Assembly: GCA_018896525.1 (NCBI GenBank)
Contig: JAHIMR010000011.1
Coordinates: 68 to 64,067 of the forward strand
Source: Actinomycetota bacterium
GTDB lineage: Bacteria > Actinomycetota > Geothermincolia > Fen-727 > Anoxymicrobiaceae
Reading direction: 5' to 3'
Length of the DNA: 64,000 nucleotides
The number at the start of each line of letters is the position of its first letter. Within the stretch, counting starts at the first letter, position 1. Of this stretch, positions 61,401 to 64,000 are shown in pieces. The notes below the pieces were generated by a model, which saw only the letters and a program-made list of their open reading frames with translations, was not told the DNA's origin and made no database searches. Both the position numbers and the translations under genes were made by a program.

Positions 61401-62528
61401 GAGCGTTACCGAGTCCCCGAAGAAGACGAGCCCGTACCCGTTTGCGACGATGCAGTTGCGCATCAACACCTGTATCGGGACGTCGTGGTCGTACTGTACG
61501 TACATCGGGTGCGCTTCCCTTTCCGGGTTATCGTGAATGGTTACGTTCACCACCTCGAACCGGGCTCCCGGGTTGTCCCCATCACTTATCACCAGGCCGG
61601 CCCAGGGGGACGCGCCCCCGACCCCGTCACCCGTTCCGTATATGAGGGTGTTCTCCAGCCTGCTGCCGCCTCCCCACAACTTGACCCCGTCACAGGAGTT
61701 ATTGGCGACAACACATTCGTGTATGTTCGTGTTGGAGGCCTTGGAGTCCAGGCCGTCGCCCCGGTTGTGCTTCGCCGTCGTGGAGGTGATCTCAATCGGC
61801 CCCGATGATTCCTCTATCCCGAACCCGTCGGGGCGAGCATACGGGCTCGGCCCCGGCCCGCCCTGGTAGTAATGGCCGTTGTAAGACAGTTCGCAGCCAC
61901 GGATGACAACGTCCCGCCAGCCACCCTGGACCCCGTCGGGACCTCCCACGGAGCCGAACCCGCAGTACTCGATAACGCAATCGGCTATCTCCAGGTACCG
62001 GGTGTCGGCTATGTCCACCCCGAACTCGTCGACGTGGTGTATGTAGAGGTCCTTGAGCAGGCACTGGTTCAGCGGGCCGCCGGTCGCGTTGACCGCCTCC
62101 CTGAAAGGCGCCCCGCCATCGCTGGTTATCTCCAGGTTCTCGACGCTGACGTAACTCCTGCCGGATAGGTCAATGGCGAATATCAGGTTGCCGCCTCCGG
62201 CCAGCACCGGCCGGTTGCCCTCCTCCCCCCTTACAGTGGTCCAGGCGCCGGGCACGCCCGATGGCGGGCTGATTATGTCCGCATCGTACTGGTTGAGGTA
62301 GTAGGTGCCACCCAGAATGACCAGGGTGTCCCCCGATTCTATCTGCAGGGAGGCGTACCCGGGGTCCGCCCAGGGGAACTCCAGTGTTCCCGGGTTAGAA
62401 TTATCACCCCCGGGGGAAACGTAGCGGGTGTTGCCGGCGGCATCGACGGTTCCGGCGCCCGGCCCAAAGGCAATCGCTGCCAGGGCGACCGCCACTATTA
62501 CCGCAAGCAGGCGCATTCGCTTCCTCAA
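58404..62528 (-). CDS. Large secreted multidomain protein: beta-helix, catalytic-like alpha/beta domain, two IPT/TIG-like domains, WYLAEG (DUF5719-like) repeats
   Basis: Signal peptide; YVSPGGDNSNPGT..PW; GSPAIDSG...DMGAYE; FIHHSCG...FKSCYPNS...DDHP; PTVTSITPSSG-type repeats; WYLAEG/WYLPEG...AERAMY repeats. Confidence 0.88.
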   Translation of the reverse strand: MRKRMRLLAVIVAVALAAIAFGPGAGTVDAAGNTRYVSPGGDNSNPGTLEFPWADPGYASLQIESGDTLVILGGTYYLNQYDADIISPPSGVPGAWTTVRGEEGNRPVLAGGGNLIFAIDLSGRSYVSVENLEITSDGGAPFREAVNATGGPLNQCLLKDLYIHHVDEFGVDIADTRYLEIADCVIEYCGFGSVGGPDGVQGGWRDVVIRGCELSYNGHYYQGGPGPSPYARPDGFGIEESSGPIEITSTTAKHNRGDGLDSKASNTNIHECVVANNSCDGVKLWGGGSRLENTLIYGTGDGVGGASPWAGLVISDGDNPGARFEVVNVTIHDNPEREAHPMYVQYDHDVPIQVLMRNCIVANGYGLVFFGDSVTLTADHNIFYRPGGQPQVYANGREYGVVDIDSGVLGEGNVCADPLFESPAWGLEGDYHLGEGSPAIDSGTGEGAPGADLDGGARPAGDSYDMGAYESRDYAPPADPVKLVFIHHSCGSNWLADADGGLGIELRDNNYFVSDTYYGWGPGSIGDNTDIGHWYNWFRGPSSGTYMSSLYSESNQHSAYSRLAPDPGGENEIVMFKSCYPNSDLKGDPGDPIPSIADNPLKGQDCSSAHHTVANAKGIYTDLLEYFSTRQDKLFVVVTAPPRSSGTYASNARHFNNWLVNNWLDSYPYDNVYVLDFYNVLTSNGGNPNLNDLDQETGNHHRWWEGAVQHKTDYGSDTLAYATGDDHPSSAGNLKATGELVDLINVAYNDFNNDAPTVTFITPSSGTNDGTMNITDLAGTGFNSVVEVSLKKSDQDDIGATGVVTESPTRITCTFDLAGAEVGPWDVYLENGDGQSDTLTGGFTVEEPPLPPPTVTSITPSSGTNDGTVDITDLAGTGFGSGATVKLERTGEADINGTGVNVASSTKITCSFDLNGAQAGSYTVKVTNDDGKSGELAGAFTVEEGAPPEPVPPEPVTTSTWYLAEGTTDWGFSTYVTIQNPNASAVSATVTYMTDAGAMPGGDIDLPAMSQATVNPRGILGDKDFSTYVECKEGKSIAVDRTMTWTGEGAPSPDGHCSVGVTSPAKTWYLPEGSSDWGFECWLLIQNPNGTEATAQVTYMVEGEGPQTFEKKIPANSRKTYNMANDIGEKDASIKVQADTPVIPERAMYRNNRRSGHDSIGTTTPALSYYLAEGTTDWGFTTYVLVQNPNDEPADVTVTYMTPSGPQQQPAFQMDPNSRKTICVNDVLPGTDLSTHVNGSVPIIAERAMYWGDTEGGEASHDSIGLSAPHTTFYLPDGETGEGRETWTLVMNPNAGDVTVEISYLTPNGTGNATFTDTVGSNSRKTYFMADSGIQGRAAIMVTCTTAGKKIMVERAMYWNSRGAGTDTIGGYSD

Positions 62529-62699
62529 CCTATCCCTCCCGCGTCCATAAGCGTTCCTACTTTATGAATCGTCAACCACCTCCGTGGGCTTGACCCGAAC
62601 CGGTACCACTCCGGGAGATCGTTTAACTATGCCTGTTCCTTATACGAGGAAAGCGAAGGAATCTGTACAGCGGGGAAATATGGTCGGATATATACCCGT

Positions 62700-62840
62700 C
62701 CCAAACTCCTCGAGCTTAACCCGGGGCTTCTCTTCTCCCGGTTGCTTCTTGATCAGGAACGCGAAGCCGATTACCAATACGGCGGGCATTACCTCGATTC
62801 GAAACGCCCACCGCCAGCCCCAACCGCTGGTTATCCACCC
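62700..62840 (-). pseudogene. Internal MFS transporter fragment
   Basis: The minus strand reads GWITSGWGWRWAFRIEVMPAVLVIGFAFLIK, resembling MFS TM5-6. No start or flanking gene body. Confidence 0.45.
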
Positions 62841-62918
62841 GCTACAGTTTATAAGACGGGTAGACAGCTACATGGGAGTCGATGTTATTATTTTGCAACC
62901 ACGGAACAAGGAGACAGG

Positions 62919-63749
62919 ATGACCGCTGAGCAGCATCGCGAACAGGACGACGCTCTCCATGACCCCAGGCGGCATGTTCAGCTCGGAGGAGCCCCGAACT
63001 TCCGCGACCTGGGGGGGTATGGGACCATCGATGGCCGCACGGTGAGGTGGGGCCTGGTCTACCGATCCGGTGAGCTTGGCAGGCTGACGGATATGGACAT
63101 CGCCAAACTGGAGAGAATCGGTATACGGACGGCAGTTGATTTCCGCTCGGAGCTTGAAGTGGAACACCGGGGAGAAGACCGCCTGCCGGAAGGAGCGCGG
63201 GGCGTTGCCATCCCTATCGATCCCGGCGATCTGGCGGCCGTCTTAGAGCAACTGTTCACACCGGGGAACCTCTCCGGTATTCCTCCCGACTATCTGGCCC
63301 AGGTCAACAGGGCACTTATACGTGATTTTACCGGGGAGTATGCGAAGCTCATGCGGGAGGTGGCCGACCCCGACAAGCGGCCGTTAGTCTTGCATTGCAC
63401 CCATGGAAAAGACCGGGCCGGTATGGGTACGGCAATTATCCTTTCGGTACTGGGTGTCCCCTGGCCGACAGTGGTGGATGACCACCTGCTGTCCAACGTC
63501 TACCGAAGAGAGGAAAACGAAGAGCAACTCGCGCAGATTCGGGAAGCAATGGCGGAGCAGAAGGGAATCCCGGCTGGCGATGTGGACACTTCCTGTTTCG
63601 ATACCCTGTTCTGGCTCACGCCGGCAGAGTTCGACGCCACACACCAGGCGATGACAGACAACTACGGCTCAGTAGAGAGCTACATCCGCGAAGGTCTTGG
63701 GATATCTGACGAGATGCGCGACCGCCTTCGTGACGAACTGCTGGAGTAA
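62919..63749 (+). CDS. Tyrosine-protein phosphatase family protein (Y_phosphatase3-like)
   Basis: NFRDLGGY, YRSG, DFRS..E, HCTHGKDRAG (CX5R) and D.LLSN. AAGGAG RBS before ATG 62919. Confidence 0.92.
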   Translation: MTAEQHREQDDALHDPRRHVQLGGAPNFRDLGGYGTIDGRTVRWGLVYRSGELGRLTDMDIAKLERIGIRTAVDFRSELEVEHRGEDRLPEGARGVAIPIDPGDLAAVLEQLFTPGNLSGIPPDYLAQVNRALIRDFTGEYAKLMREVADPDKRPLVLHCTHGKDRAGMGTAIILSVLGVPWPTVVDDHLLSNVYRREENEEQLAQIREAMAEQKGIPAGDVDTSCFDTLFWLTPAEFDATHQAMTDNYGSVESYIREGLGISDEMRDRLRDELLE

Positions 63750-64000
63750 CCCGGTGGTGTCACAGCGGACGATATAACTCCTGCTCCGTACCTGGACCAG
63801 GAACTCCGCTTTCGGCCGTGAACCGTTCCAAGAACGTTGACATCCGTGACATCAACTCACCCACGTCCTCCACTCAAGTTCTCAAGGGGGGTTGAATCAA
63901 CAAAGGCGTAACGATGACGCTTCCGTTCCACCCCGAGAGAGACCTTTGCAGAGTTCGTAGCCCGCCAAGACCTTGCCGGAACTGCTTGGCAAGAGTAGCC

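Noticed and set aside
63750-64000. Riboswitch or gene end at the window edge
   Set aside because: No recognisable motif or convincing reading frame in the available sequence.

Overview
High-GC bacterial chromosome segment, most consistent with a deep-branching anaerobic actinobacterium. This is inferred from WYLAEG-repeat (DUF5719-like) surface protein domains together with glyQS, mreBCD and anaerobic stress genes. (1) 1-8706 is a decayed accessory/defence region at the 3' end of tRNA-Asn. It holds the right end of an IS200/IS605 (tnpB) element inserted into a rhuM-like gene, a type I R-M hsdM, several gene fragments (AbiEii-like, TPR, HEAT-like), a 23-bp duplicate of the tRNA 3' end (att) with 10-bp-phased repeats, a Fic protein and idi. 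(2) 8767-15687 is a nitrosative/oxidative stress cluster: rbr-dfx-fprA-hrb-rbr2, hcp, rrf2-ferredoxin-Cys-rich protein. (3) 16285-57648 is mostly housekeeping: rpoD, dnaG, dgt, ppdK, glyQS, uppS, recO, mgtE, era, rodA, mrdA, mreBCD, ndk, folC, valS, clpXP, tig, tRNA-Leu, pfkA. An accessory stretch at 28-37.7 kb carries an acyl-CoA dehydrogenase, TerB-like protein, MFS transporter, degenerate AOR and a RAYT. (4) The window ends with a large secreted multidomain protein and a Cys-phosphatase. The most novel signal is non-coding. A RAYT/Y1 transposase is bracketed by four same-orientation GGGGCCAGGCCCC repeats, one of which appears to supply its own -35 box. Two dispersed, diverged ~230-nt structured elements (33.7 kb and 47.5 kb) share that repeat. 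A separate GTAG-REP family and a ~160-bp foldback MITE-like element also occur. All assignments come from motif recognition by eye; no database search was run.
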